Positions 13,396-24,404 of a stretch of DNA of 64,000 bases are shown in pieces. The stretch comes from Neoechinorhynchus agilis. Lineage: Eukaryota; Animalia; Acanthocephala. Position 1 is the stretch's first letter, and each line of letters begins with the position of its first letter. The stretch is taken from assembly GCA_051530055.1 (NCBI GenBank), contig CM121341.1, forward strand, positions 18,516,784 through 18,580,783, in the 5' to 3' direction. The translations under genes were made by a program, and so were the position numbers. The notes beneath the pieces were generated by a model, which was not told the DNA's origin, did not search any database, and saw only the letters and a program-made list of their open reading frames with translations.

Positions 13396-14042
13396 CGGAG
13401 TTGTTTTGTCCGGAATTTATCATCTCCAAAATAATTTACTTTAATAAATTTGTGCTTTTATTGTCGGCGATAATTTATAATTTTACAAAAAGTAATGTTT
13501 TTTAACAATAAACGTACGATATTAGCTATGATATGTTTTTCATTAAAAGATCATTAGAGAGTTTGATTTAAACAGCAGCAGTTTTTCATCTTGATCATTA
13601 TTCATGAATAAATGATCATAGAAATAAAAACATAGAACATTTTATTAGTAGGATTTACATATTTTTCACATTTTCGAATTAGTACAGCTTAGAGGACTTT
13701 CAGAATATTAGAAAACAAATTTTACGATAAAAATTAATGAATCCAAAGTTGGATGATTTATTTGGTTCGTTTTTGTTAATGGCCTTAAATAATTTTCTTT
13801 AAACGAAAATAATATTCTATTTATTTATAAATACGTTTTCACAACCGGTGAGAATCGGTCATTTTATTTGTAAGTGTAGTCCCGAGTATGAAATGAAGAT
13901 AGGAACGTCGCTCAAGTGTAGTTTACCTACGAAATACTGCGATAATTTTGCATTTAGTATTTGGAACATAAAAGCACGGTATTGTTTAGTTTCTTAAAAC
14001 ATCTAAAATGATTCTCAGCTTAAGCATTTCGCATTTTCGAAG
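13396..14042 (+). repeat. ~650-bp direct duplication, copy 2
   Basis: Highly similar to 7720-8367. Confidence 0.9.
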
Positions 14043-14544
14043 ATTGAAGGTATTATTGAGGTTGATTATTAATAACTCTAAATTTGTAATCTGCTCAGAT
14101 CATTTCCGGCCTTCCGTTATTTGGCAACTTAATTTATTAACAAATTTCGTCGTATCAATTCAAATCTTTTACTGTTTGATTGTTTCATATAAAGGACAAG
14201 TATTCATTCGTAAAAATTCCTTCATAAGACACCTGATCCTGCAGATTAAACATCTAGTTTAAATATTGAGTATACAAAACTGACATCTAGATGGCACTTA
14301 AAATCCCCGAATAAAAGTAAGAACGGAGTAAGTAGCAAAACTAAGATTGACTTAGAAGTTCACTGGGTTTATCATCACGAGTTGAAAATGTTTTTATTGT
14401 GTTTTGTTTGCAAGAAAATGTCACGACAATGCGCAATACTCCCAAATGAGTGTCTTGACTCATGTTTTTGCAAACAAGCCTAATAGAAAGGCGGTGAGCC
14501 AGTTCTACCCGTAAAAAATTGTTAAAGAGAGTTGCCATCTCTGA

Positions 14545-15198
14545 ATGGATATAACGCTGGATTCCGAGAACGTCCCTTACATTTTGACGCCGGACACCGT
14601 TCATAATGATACAACAAGTTTAACCTTGTCAACTCAATCAGCACCTGTTAAAACAAAGTCCAACATGTTTGAGGCTGGCGCTCAAAATTTAAGCGTCCCC
14701 GAGCTGGCTCGCTACCTGTCTTTACCTGCAGGAGCAGGATCATCAAGAGGTTCAATAGCTACGATGGACGTAGACGTCGGAGTTGCTTTCAGTCGAATAA
14801 AAAAATATATTTCAACAAAAAGGTCAAAGTCCGATGCCATGTTTTATAATTTGAGGCAACATTCCTGGCATTTAACTATACCAGATCTAGCAAAGGAGTA
14901 CAAACGCTGCAGAAAAATTAGCAAGAGGTGTTGTATATGTCGAAAACGTTCAGGAAAACATAAACTCACGTGCTGTAAATCACTTATATGTGTCGAATGC
15001 AATGATCATTTAATCGGGATGCAAAAAAAAGTCGAGGAAGCAGGAGGAGTTTTTTCTTGTCCATCGATTGGGTGCAATAAATTATTATTTATTTTGCGGT
15101 CTTACATTCATTTACATCCAGAATCTCCCAATCTTCATCCGTTAGAAGTTCGTGATGCGTTCCTTCCAGTTGGAACCGTATTCTTTCAATTGGTCTAA
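14545..15198 (+). CDS. RING-finger-like protein (Cys spacing resembles RBR RING1)
   Basis: 217-aa ORF with CICR...CCKSLICVEC...CPSIGC. Confidence 0.55.
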   Translation: MDITLDSENVPYILTPDTVHNDTTSLTLSTQSAPVKTKSNMFEAGAQNLSVPELARYLSLPAGAGSSRGSIATMDVDVGVAFSRIKKYISTKRSKSDAMFYNLRQHSWHLTIPDLAKEYKRCRKISKRCCICRKRSGKHKLTCCKSLICVECNDHLIGMQKKVEEAGGVFSCPSIGCNKLLFILRSYIHLHPESPNLHPLEVRDAFLPVGTVFFQLV

Positions 15199-15730
15199 AT
15201 GATAAGGAATTAATGATATTTAAGTCAGCAAAGAACTGTCAGAATTGTTTATTATGAATTTTACGACGATCGTCCATTTTTTTGTGCACCTGTTGAAGGA
15301 ACATGTTTGTGTTATACCCTCCCAACTATCCTGAAGCACCAGGGTTTCGACTAGTATTTTCGGTTCACAAAATAGGGTTTTGTTGGCAGTGATCACCACT
15401 AATTAGAGTAAAACCTATTTTCTATTTAGAATTAAGAGCAGGGCCACGCATTGGACATCCTTTAGTCAATAAAAAAGAAGATAAACATGATACAAAAATG
15501 TTACATAATAAGAAATTATTGCTTTCGCTAGAATGATTAAACTTTAAAAAAGACGCTACGAATCTTTTTTTAAAAACTACAGCCGAGCTGTGAGATGCAA
15601 GCGGCCATAATAAAATTTGCAATGCAAATAATTGCATTTTTATAACTCTCAGGTGCTCACAAAATTTCGATGATCGTTAATGCCCAAGCGAATCTCGCGG
15701 CTAGACAACGGTTTCAAAACACCAATAGTC

Positions 15731-16546
15731 TCACCTGTGATCGAATCCAAAAACGCAGCTCAACAGGGCTCCTATGGAAGATTGAAGTGAAATGTTTGTG
15801 ATGATCAAAGAGTTATAAGGAATAGTGCAACAATTTAAAAGCAATTGAACGTGTGCTAGAATAAGTTTAGCAGTGCAGTGCAATTGTCCGGGTGACTGGT
15901 TTCGAATAAACAATCGACCACTCACGTATGATTGATGCAGCATCGGAATATCGGCAAATATCCTAAAGTGTAGCAGAACGATCCATGTAAAAATTAAACT
16001 TGTTTTTGTCTCTTCGAGCGATGAAAATAGTTTTAGTGAATGCATTCGTCCCAATTGATTCCAAAGCTCAACCGTCTGCCCGTTGATCGTGTTTCTGAGA
16101 ATATAATGTAACTCGGTGAATACAATAGCGAATTTGTGGTAGCAACCGAGACGCGCTTGACATAATCTGCATTTCAAACTACTGAATTTTACTCGATACT
16201 CGTTTAATTTTGACCGATCGTAGGTCAGTTCATCAACACAGATCTGTTCATGATAAATTTGACATGCAGATATTTGTGGTCTTTGACGTGCTTGTATACC
16301 GATATCTCTCTGCACCATAACAGGTTCTCTTTCTAAAATAATTTTGTTAATTTTTTTATGCAGCTCATTCCTACGAGTTTGAATCCGGAGGAACGTATTA
16401 GAAACAATAAATTCTGCTTGGATTCTATGAAAACACTTTGCGCAAACATTAGCATCTTTGATGTGACATGCATCGCAGGCTAGGAAATCGGTCGATTGAG
16501 TTCCACGATAAACATCACCTCTCCGTCTCGTCTTATCTGAGCGCAT
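15731..16546 (-). CDS. Unknown Cys-containing protein
   Basis: 271-aa ATG ORF in AT-rich DNA with CxxC pairs (CDAC, CAKC, CRLC); no family recognised. Confidence 0.4.
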   Translation of the reverse strand: MRSDKTRRRGDVYRGTQSTDFLACDACHIKDANVCAKCFHRIQAEFIVSNTFLRIQTRRNELHKKINKIILEREPVMVQRDIGIQARQRPQISACQIYHEQICVDELTYDRSKLNEYRVKFSSLKCRLCQARLGCYHKFAIVFTELHYILRNTINGQTVELWNQLGRMHSLKLFSSLEETKTSLIFTWIVLLHFRIFADIPMLHQSYVSGRLFIRNQSPGQLHCTAKLILAHVQLLLNCCTIPYNSLIITNISLQSSIGALLSCVFGFDHR

Positions 16547-16666
16547 CTGAAATTGGTTCGGTCTACCGAAAATTGCGTCTTTTCGAGATCCAACGATCCA
16601 AAAACATATTATTTATTAACACTTATAAAAATCATCGATAGAAAGTCCTTCGGGATAATAAAATTA

Positions 16667-16890
16667 CACTTTCGGTGAGAATAATCCCGGTCATTACATA
16701 TTTTATTTATTCGAAATATTTCGCGAGGTATCCTCGCCTCTTCAGTCATTGTTTGCAAGTTTGTTTGTTTTTCAACTGTGAATGCGTTTTGAAAAAACTT
16801 GCAAACAATGACTGAAGAGGCGAGGATACCTCGCGAAATATTTCGAGTAAATAAAATATGTAATGACCGGGATTATTCTCACCGAAAGTG
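16667..16890. mobile_element. 224-bp MITE with ~95-bp TIRs and TA target-site duplication (Tc1/mariner-like)
   Basis: TA|CACTTTCGGTGAG...CTCACCGAAAGTG|TA; arms nearly perfectly complementary; related empty site at 54181-54235. Confidence 0.9.
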
Positions 16891-18270
16891 TAACTTATAA
16901 AAATGTATTCTTAGTATGTCGTCTAGGTAAGTTTGGTATTGTGCTGTGTAAATATTGTAAATCGCTAACCTCATCAATATCGTCTGTGTTCCTCTGGAAT
17001 AAGATGTAAAATCCACGCAAATAAGAGAAATACATGCCGTCCATCGACGATTTCGTTCGTCTATATCTTTATGGGGAAACGATCTGGTTTCTCGAGCAAC
17101 TTCCAGAACGCTAAAACTAAGATAAGATCCTATGGGTCTATAGATGACCGAACTAACTCATTTATCAGAAATGTACTTTCTTGGTTTCTTTTGATCAATT
17201 GAAAGTCATCCGATCTACCTTTCTTTCAACAGCAACTACAAATGTCGGGTCGTTAACAGTACTGAATGAATTCCACTGGATTGGAGTTCGACTTGTTCAG
17301 TTATCTAAATCGTATTTTTGGCTTTGCGAACGGTGAGCGTATTTGGCATTATAAACTTCATAAATCGAATTCCATCAACCCTTTGGATATCAATGCGGCA
17401 AACCATTGGAGACCATATACGGCACAATTAATATTTTTTTAACGTGGTTTCCAAGATGAAAATTATAGAATGTAAATGGTTGCGTAAATTGCTCCAATCG
17501 ATACACTGAAGATGTTTCATCAATGATTATTTTATTAGAGGATGTTAAAATTGTGCAGAACTTTCATTTTGCGTCAGCGTCATCTTCTAGTCATTTCCTA
17601 ACCATTTGTCGCTGCCTTTGTATACAAACGCCTTTAGGACTGGGAGACAGATACGAAAAAGAAATCGTTTTTTATCTGCCATGCAATGCGGTCTGTTTAT
17701 AGACGGAATTTTCAAATCCTAAAATATTAATAAAATGGATACGACGCACCATTGAACTTTTTCATTTCGATCCGCAAACTACAGCAAAGATTGGCAGTGG
17801 TCAATCAATGAATAAACGTCCCATGGGTCTATTATAACTTTTTGATCGTGTCTCTAAAGACGTTCTTTGCGAATCCGATCACATAAAAAAGTTTATAAGT
17901 ATCATCAACAATTAGGGATCAGCCTCGAGAAAACGATCCAAGTATCATATAAATCCAACAACTGCCTATTATTTCACCTACCCTGCATATATTCGACACT
18001 GACTATTAGGTCACCTAAATCGCATTACACGTTACGGTCGTATTCTATAACCACCATAGACCTCTTTCTATAGGAGGACGAGAATGTTTATCTGTAGCCT
18101 TTCAAATATATATATATATATACTTCGCCGTAACCGCTCTTTCTCGTCCCTACCGTCGTCCTACGCACCGATGTTAGCAACTGTTGCAAGACTGCGATGT
18201 GTGTGTGGGGTTCACTGAGAGGTCGCATTCCTGAAAAGCAATCGCTTCTACTTCATATTTTTTAGACACC

Positions 18271-20289
18271 ATGGAGCCTGTACCTCCGGCTACTCCTCGC
18301 AAACGAGCTTCCAGTTGCTCTCATATGTTCGAGGCTGTGAACTCCCTTCACCATATGGCTTCACTCAATGTGAACCGAGCACCTCTTTCCATTCGACGAA
18401 CCGGACTCATCGCTACACTCGGACCGGCAAGTCAGAAGGTAGAAATCCTTAAGGAGCTCTTGAGAGCAGGTGTCTCAATCTGCAGACTAAACTTTTCTCA
18501 TGGCACTCATGATTATCATCTCACAAGTATAAAGAACGTCCGTGAAGCTGAGAAACAATTGGTGGGATTGGGAATACGGCCCGTTGCGATTGCACTCGAT
18601 ACAAAAGGACCCGAAATCAGAACTGGGCTTATAAAAGAAGGATCTATTAATCTCTCAAGAGGACAAAGTGTAAACATAGTCACCGAGGAACATTATCGAG
18701 AAGACTGCAGTGCAGATCACCTTTACGTAAGTTATGATAAGATCGCCAACGTTCTTAAGAAACATAGCATGATATTTATTGACGACGGACTCATAAGTCT
18801 TGAAGTCGATGAAACTGATCCTGGCAGTGGAACTGTCAAGTGTACCGTGATAAGTGGCGGTACGTTGACTAATCAAAAAGGAATTAACTTACCAGGAACG
18901 CCTGTTGATCTTCCAGTAATCTCCGAAAAAGATATGGAGGATCTTAAGTTTGGAGTTGAACAAGATGTCGATTTTATATTTGCTTCATTTATTAGAAACT
19001 CGGAAGGAGTACGGGAGATCAGAAGAGCCCTAGGTGAAAAGGGGAAAAATATAAAGATAATATCGAAAATCGAGAATTGTCAGGGACTTGATAATATTGA
19101 TGGAATCATACGTGAAAGCGATGGAATTATGGTAGCCCGAGGTGACATGGGTATTGAGATCCCTGCCCAAAAGGTTTTTGTGGCACAAAAAACCATTATT
19201 GCACGGTGTAATCTTGCTGGAAAACCGGTCATTTGTGCAACTCAGATGCTTGAAAGCATGACCTATAATCCGCGACCTACACGAGCTGAGGTTAGCGACG
19301 TTGCCAATGCAGTACATAGAATCCGATTCCAAAATAAGGGCTTTAGCGAGTATAATCACCCGGCACCCCTTCTTATATCCAGGGACTACAAATCAAGGCT
19401 CCTTAAATAGCAGAAATATTGGCATTTTGTGAATATCATCTTTAGGTCTGTTGATAAGGTCAACTGGAAGAGTATCTAAAGAATATGTGGCTATGGGGAG
19501 AACCGGATCCTCATTTTTCCCAACAAAAAGTCGTTGCTAACGAGAAAGAAGTTATTTTGTTGCTTTTTCCGACTTGCTTTATCGCTAGCCTTGCTGCTCT
19601 ACTAACTTTAAAATATTTTCACTTGGAATGCGGTTTTCGTAATGGACGGAGCAGATTGTGTGATGCTAAGTGGAGAGTCGGCCAAAGGTAATTTCCCAGT
19701 AGAATGCGTTCGATTAATGCATGAGATAACGAAGGAAGCGGAGGCATGTATTTTCTACCGGGAAATGTTTGAAAATCTTCGTTATTTTACTCCTCCTCCA
19801 ATTGATGCTGTAGATGCTACGTGTATTGCCGCCGTTGAAGCCTCATTCCGAGTGTATGCCCGGATCATAATGGTTTTGACAACTAGCGGGAACTCAGCGA
19901 TGTTGATAGCCAGATATAGACCGATGGCTCTTATAATGGCGATCACTCGAAGTCAAAAAACGGCTAGGTTTCTTTCCATGCATCGAGGATGTTATCCAGT
20001 TCACTATACCACCGAACGTGCCAAGCTTGAATCTAGTGTGCCCATTGGTAAAGTTAAGGAGGCGGTCCTATCGTCGCATATGCAGCGACAAACTAATGTC
20101 TTGACTAGTTTTGAGGACGTGGCTGATATGGATATTTGGTTGATGGACGTGGATGCTAGGGTGAGGGAAGGAATGCGGATTGCGAAACAAAATAAGTTCG
20201 TCGAAAAGGGCGAAGCCGTCGTCGTTGTAACTGGATGGAAAGCTGGATCCGGACTTACTAATACGATCCGTATTATGTACTGCGACTAG
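18271..20289 (+). CDS. PK: Pyruvate kinase, two coding blocks (18271-19314, 19642-20289) separated by a non-GT-AG insert
   Basis: [66 protein letters not shown]|[16 protein letters not shown]; both blocks in the same frame and otherwise intact. Confidence 0.97.
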
Positions 20290-20481
20290 AAGAGTTTATG
20301 TTGAACACTGAATAGCAGGTCAATAAACTGCATGAGTAGATCGTCCCGAGGAAGGCGAAAACCTAAAATTTGAAATACGCGTGTGTTTTGATCTTAAAAG
20401 CATCTCAGAAGCATTTAAAGATAGCCCTAAACTCGAATATTTGACTCCAACAAATGTGCACTCCAATATTAATCCCTAGTA

Positions 20482-20555
20482 GGCCGAGTAGCTCAGTCGG
20501 TTAGAGCGTCACGCTAATAACGTGAATGTCGTGGGTTCGAGCCCCACCTTGGCCA
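20482..20555 (+). tRNA. tRNA-Ile, anticodon AAT
   Basis: Cloverleaf: acceptor GGCCGAG/CTTGGCC, D arm GCTC/GAGC, anticodon arm TCACG-CTAATAA-CGTGA, T arm GTGGG-TTCGAGC-CCCAC. Confidence 0.95.
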
Positions 20556-20936
20556 GGTTAGGCGACGCGGAAATTCCTCACGCTGGAAGATCTTCGCGAC
20601 AATACGAAAATATTCGCCGTCATTTTTCTGAATGCCTCAGTATTGCATTCAAGCCCCGGTAACCTCTATTCAGCACCTACGCGTGTCCTCAGCAGGCTGT
20701 GCGCCCAAGGAACATTATCACCCGCGAAAAAAGCCGCACATAGATACCGAAATCGATCTTAACATTCAGCTTAGAAATGAAATTATTACGTCGTGGTAAA
20801 TTAACAATTATTCACGATAGGAAGCTGAAGGTTATAGATTGTCGAATCGAACCTTGATTGAGTCTATCAAACTACTGAAATATGCGGCTCATTCGAAAAT
20901 GTTTTGAATCTAACAGTAGATTTCAATTCAACATCA

Positions 20937-21340
20937 TCACTTTTCGTAATCCCTCATTCCGCGCCACTCCATTGGGCCGTTGTTAAGCGTTGGATGGGGT
21001 AGTTCCTTTGTCCGTGCCGAAACTCCAAACGCCCCATTTGTCTCCACACCGAAAGGAAGAAATAGGTGAGTCTTTTCCAGCTCAGCGTATTTCGCTGTCT
21101 TCCTCCTTTCGGCCGCCGTCGCAGCTCCTCCCGGTCCTGATATTGCATCACTTCGGTAGGAGGGTGCTAACGAATCGACGCATGTGGCATCCAAGATAAG
21201 GCATTTTCCCTCTTTCCACGGGAATATGGTCATCCCATCGGGACGTTTGCCATCTGAGCGACACAGGTGGTTCGGCTCTAATAGAGTCGGGACATTTAAT
21301 GAGTGGAGCGTCCTGCTTAACATTCAGCTTGATTATCATA
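20937..21340 (-). mobile_element. CRE-clade RLE-domain fragment
   Basis: LEPNHLCRSDGKRPDGMTIFPWKEGKCLILDATCVD...FLPFGVET. Confidence 0.85.
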
Positions 21341-21369
21341 AAATTTAACGTCCGCCGCGGCGGCTGTTT

Positions 21370-24330
21370 CGCTTGCTGGCGAAGGGGTGCCCGGTCTCCA
21401 ATGCAAATCCGTCAAATGCAGTGTTTGTCTTCGTGTCTTCAAACCGACTCTCAGTGGTCTCGTCCGCTCCCACGGTCAACACGGTTCGCATAGCCCTGGA
21501 TCCAGAAAACCGCCAACTCAGCCTCTCTCCCCGTCTTCATCCAATCCAACCGAACTCACAACTGTGGTCACAGACACGAATGGCCCACCTCCAGCACTGA
21601 TCGAGATGCTTTCATACGGTACCCGAATGATTAGACGAATCCCGCGGGGCGCCAGGTCCTCCGTGGCTTCCAAATTAGCATGCTTGATCGAGTGCATCAT
21701 ACGAGATCCATCCGTACCATCTGACTGGTTCAACCTCCTCGCGCTTCCCAAAGCCGTCTTACGTGTTCCCACACAAACTGCTGAAGCCAACGAGAATCAA
21801 TCGCTCAGTCAAAATATTCGCAACAGGTCCGACGCTTTCCAGTTCTTTGAACAAGTCGAGCATCTTGGATGGCAGAGCCATCGCCGTAATTTTCCTCACG
21901 ACCCGGACTCTCAACTACGTGCGAAATGTTCCGAGAAGCTGGAGGACGGCGACCTGAGGGGTGCCGTTCGACTTGTAAGCGGAACGGAGCGCCTACTCGC
22001 GCCGAACAAAGACATCCTCGACTCCTAAAAATTGAAGCATCCTCCACGCAGACGGAGTTGCTTCAAGCCAAATTATGATCCGTCGTTCACAGAGTCCGAC
22101 CGCGATCCCCTCATACCCATTACAGTCTCCACCGTCACTTACGCTCCGATGTCCTTTCTGCCATCGTCAGCTGGAGGGCATGATGGTTTAAGACCTCGAC
22201 ACTTACGGGATTGGACCTGCTTCTCTTCTGGAGCTCAAGGTACACGATTGCTGAACGCAATCACCGAGCTCACACGCGTAATCGTCCGCAGTTCCGTACC
22301 TCCTCCAGTGGCGCGTTTACTCTGCGGTGCCAAGCTGATCGCTTTCACAAAAAAGGTGGAGGGGTTCGTCCCATTGCCGTTGGTTGTACCTTCCGTCGAC
22401 TGGCATCCAAAGTCGCGTGTCAGTTCGCCACCGATCGATTGATCGATCAACTCTTGCCGGTTCAATTGGGAGTCGGAGCTCCTGCTGGAGCCGAGGCGGC
22501 CGTACACTCAGCACGAGCGTATAGTCGAAATGGTATTAATAAGGGAACGGCTATGGTCAAGCTTGACATGGAGAACGCGTTCAATTCAATATGCCGCTCC
22601 GCGATGACAGAGGTTGTCCACCAGCACATACCAGAAATCTACCAGTATGTGTCCTTGTGCTACGTCCAGCATGCTGCTGTTTGGCGAGTTCCAGGTCGAA
22701 TCAGCAGAGGATGTTCAACAGGGTGATCCTCTAGGTCCTCTGCTGTTCGCATTGACGATCAATCATCTCGCCCACAGCTCGTCGTCAGATTTGTCGATCT
22801 GGTACCTCGACGACTGTTGCATTGGAGGGGAGATCGACCAGCTTATTCGCGACATCAAAAACATCTCCGAAATGGGTGCCGATATCGGACTATTCCTGAG
22901 AACGGACAAATGCCAAATCATTTCGGACGACCAAGAGGATGCATCGAGACTGCTCACCGTACTGCCCGGAGCAAAGACAACTGCAACCGACTCAGCTGAC
23001 ATTCTCGGGTCTCCAATCGGTAACCTGTCTAACCTGGAAACGTTCCTTTCAAAAGCCATCAATCAATTGCGGCTCACTGCCTCCAGGCTCTTGCACATCG
23101 CGCGACACGACGCTCTGTTCATATTATCACGATGTCTGTCGCTACCGAAGATTACGTACCTTCTGAGGACTTCTCCATGCTTCAAGTCAGTGCTCACCAC
23201 GGATTTCGACAACTGCGTTCGATCAACCCTGTCAGAAGTACTTAACCTACGACTGTCCGACACAGCATGGAAACAGGCGATCCTTCCCATTCGATTCGGC
23301 GGTCTTGGCATCCAGAGTGCCACCGAAGTAGCAATTCCTGCCTTTTCGTCGTCGATCTCGGTCTCTTCAGACCTGGTGCTGAGAATCATCCCACCACACA
23401 TTCGACACGAGTCATATCCATCGCCTGAACTGATCGAAGCGCACGCTCAATGGACGTCAGTGTTCGGGCAGGTCGTTCCAACGGAAACAAACTCCCAAAA
23501 ACGTTGGACTGCCTTGCTCCACACTGCGTATTATCAGCAGCTTCTTAACTCATGCTCATCTCCCAACGATAGAGCTCGCCTCCTGGCAGTCTCATCTCCA
23601 CACTCCAGCGACTTCTTGAAGGCTTTCCCAATCACATCTGTTGGCACGAGGCTGGATGATCAGGCCATCACCGTCGCTGTGGGACTTCGGTTGGGCATCG
23701 AATTCTCAGGCTTATATACGTGTCGGTGCGGTGAGACAGTGAACGGATCGGGAACTCACGGCCTTGACTGCAAGCGTTCAACTGCTCGCCACGCACGGCA
23801 CTCAGCAGTCAACCGCATAATCAAGGAAGCCCTCTCAACGGCCGGTTTTCCAGCTCGACTCGAACCAGTTGGTCTCTCCCGGAACGACGGTAAACGCCCT
23901 GATGGAGCGACTCTCCTCCCATGGTACTCCGGGAAAATACTGGTTTGGGATTTTACCTGCCCCAATACGCTCGCAGCATCCCACTTACGGGATGCCACCT
24001 CAAAGGCGGGAGCAGTCGCCAGCTTCAGCGAGGAAAAGAAGCGGCAGAAGTACTCCTCGCTCGATGGGCGTCAATATATTTTCATCCCGATTGCGGTGGA
24101 AACACTGGGATGTCTCCGAAAAGAAGCCGATTATTTCCTCTCACGACTGGGAGGGATGCTAAAATATGCCACCGGCGATATGTGATCCAGCAGCTTCCTG
24201 TTGCAGCGAATCAGCGCGGCGATCCAACGCGGCAATGCCGCGGACATCAAGGAAGCTGCCGAGCAAACATAACATTTGGAGTGTAGAATTACATTGAACA
24301 GATTTCTTGACACTCAAGCAAATAAATATT
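21370..24330 (+). mobile_element. Near full-length CRE-clade non-LTR retrotransposon (Zn finger-RT-RLE) with 1 stop and 2 frameshifts
   Basis: CSVC...SHG Zn finger; GVRPIAVG, QLGVG, KLDMENAFN, VQQGDPLGP, WYLDD (RT); CRCG..HGLDC..RH, DGKRPDG, VWDFT, FIPIAVET (RLE); TAA at 22026-22028, frameshifts near 22350 and 22660. Confidence 0.92.
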
Positions 24331-24404
24331 ATAGAAATCGCGATCATTCGCATTTCCCAAAAGACTATTTCTATATTCAAAAAATTACGTTTTAATAATA
24401 ACAC

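Noticed and set aside
18105-18123. (TA)n run upstream of PK
   Set aside because: Short ordinary microsatellite
22026-22028. In-frame TAA in CRE as readthrough or an altered genetic code
   Set aside because: The same element has two frameshifts, and host genes read normally with the standard code; simple decay (likely TTA to TAA)
21518-23998. Multiple antisense and alternative-frame ORFs over the CRE element (also over the PK, LRR and Pro-rich genes)
   Set aside because: Shadow ORFs expected opposite GC-richer coding sequence; no motifs
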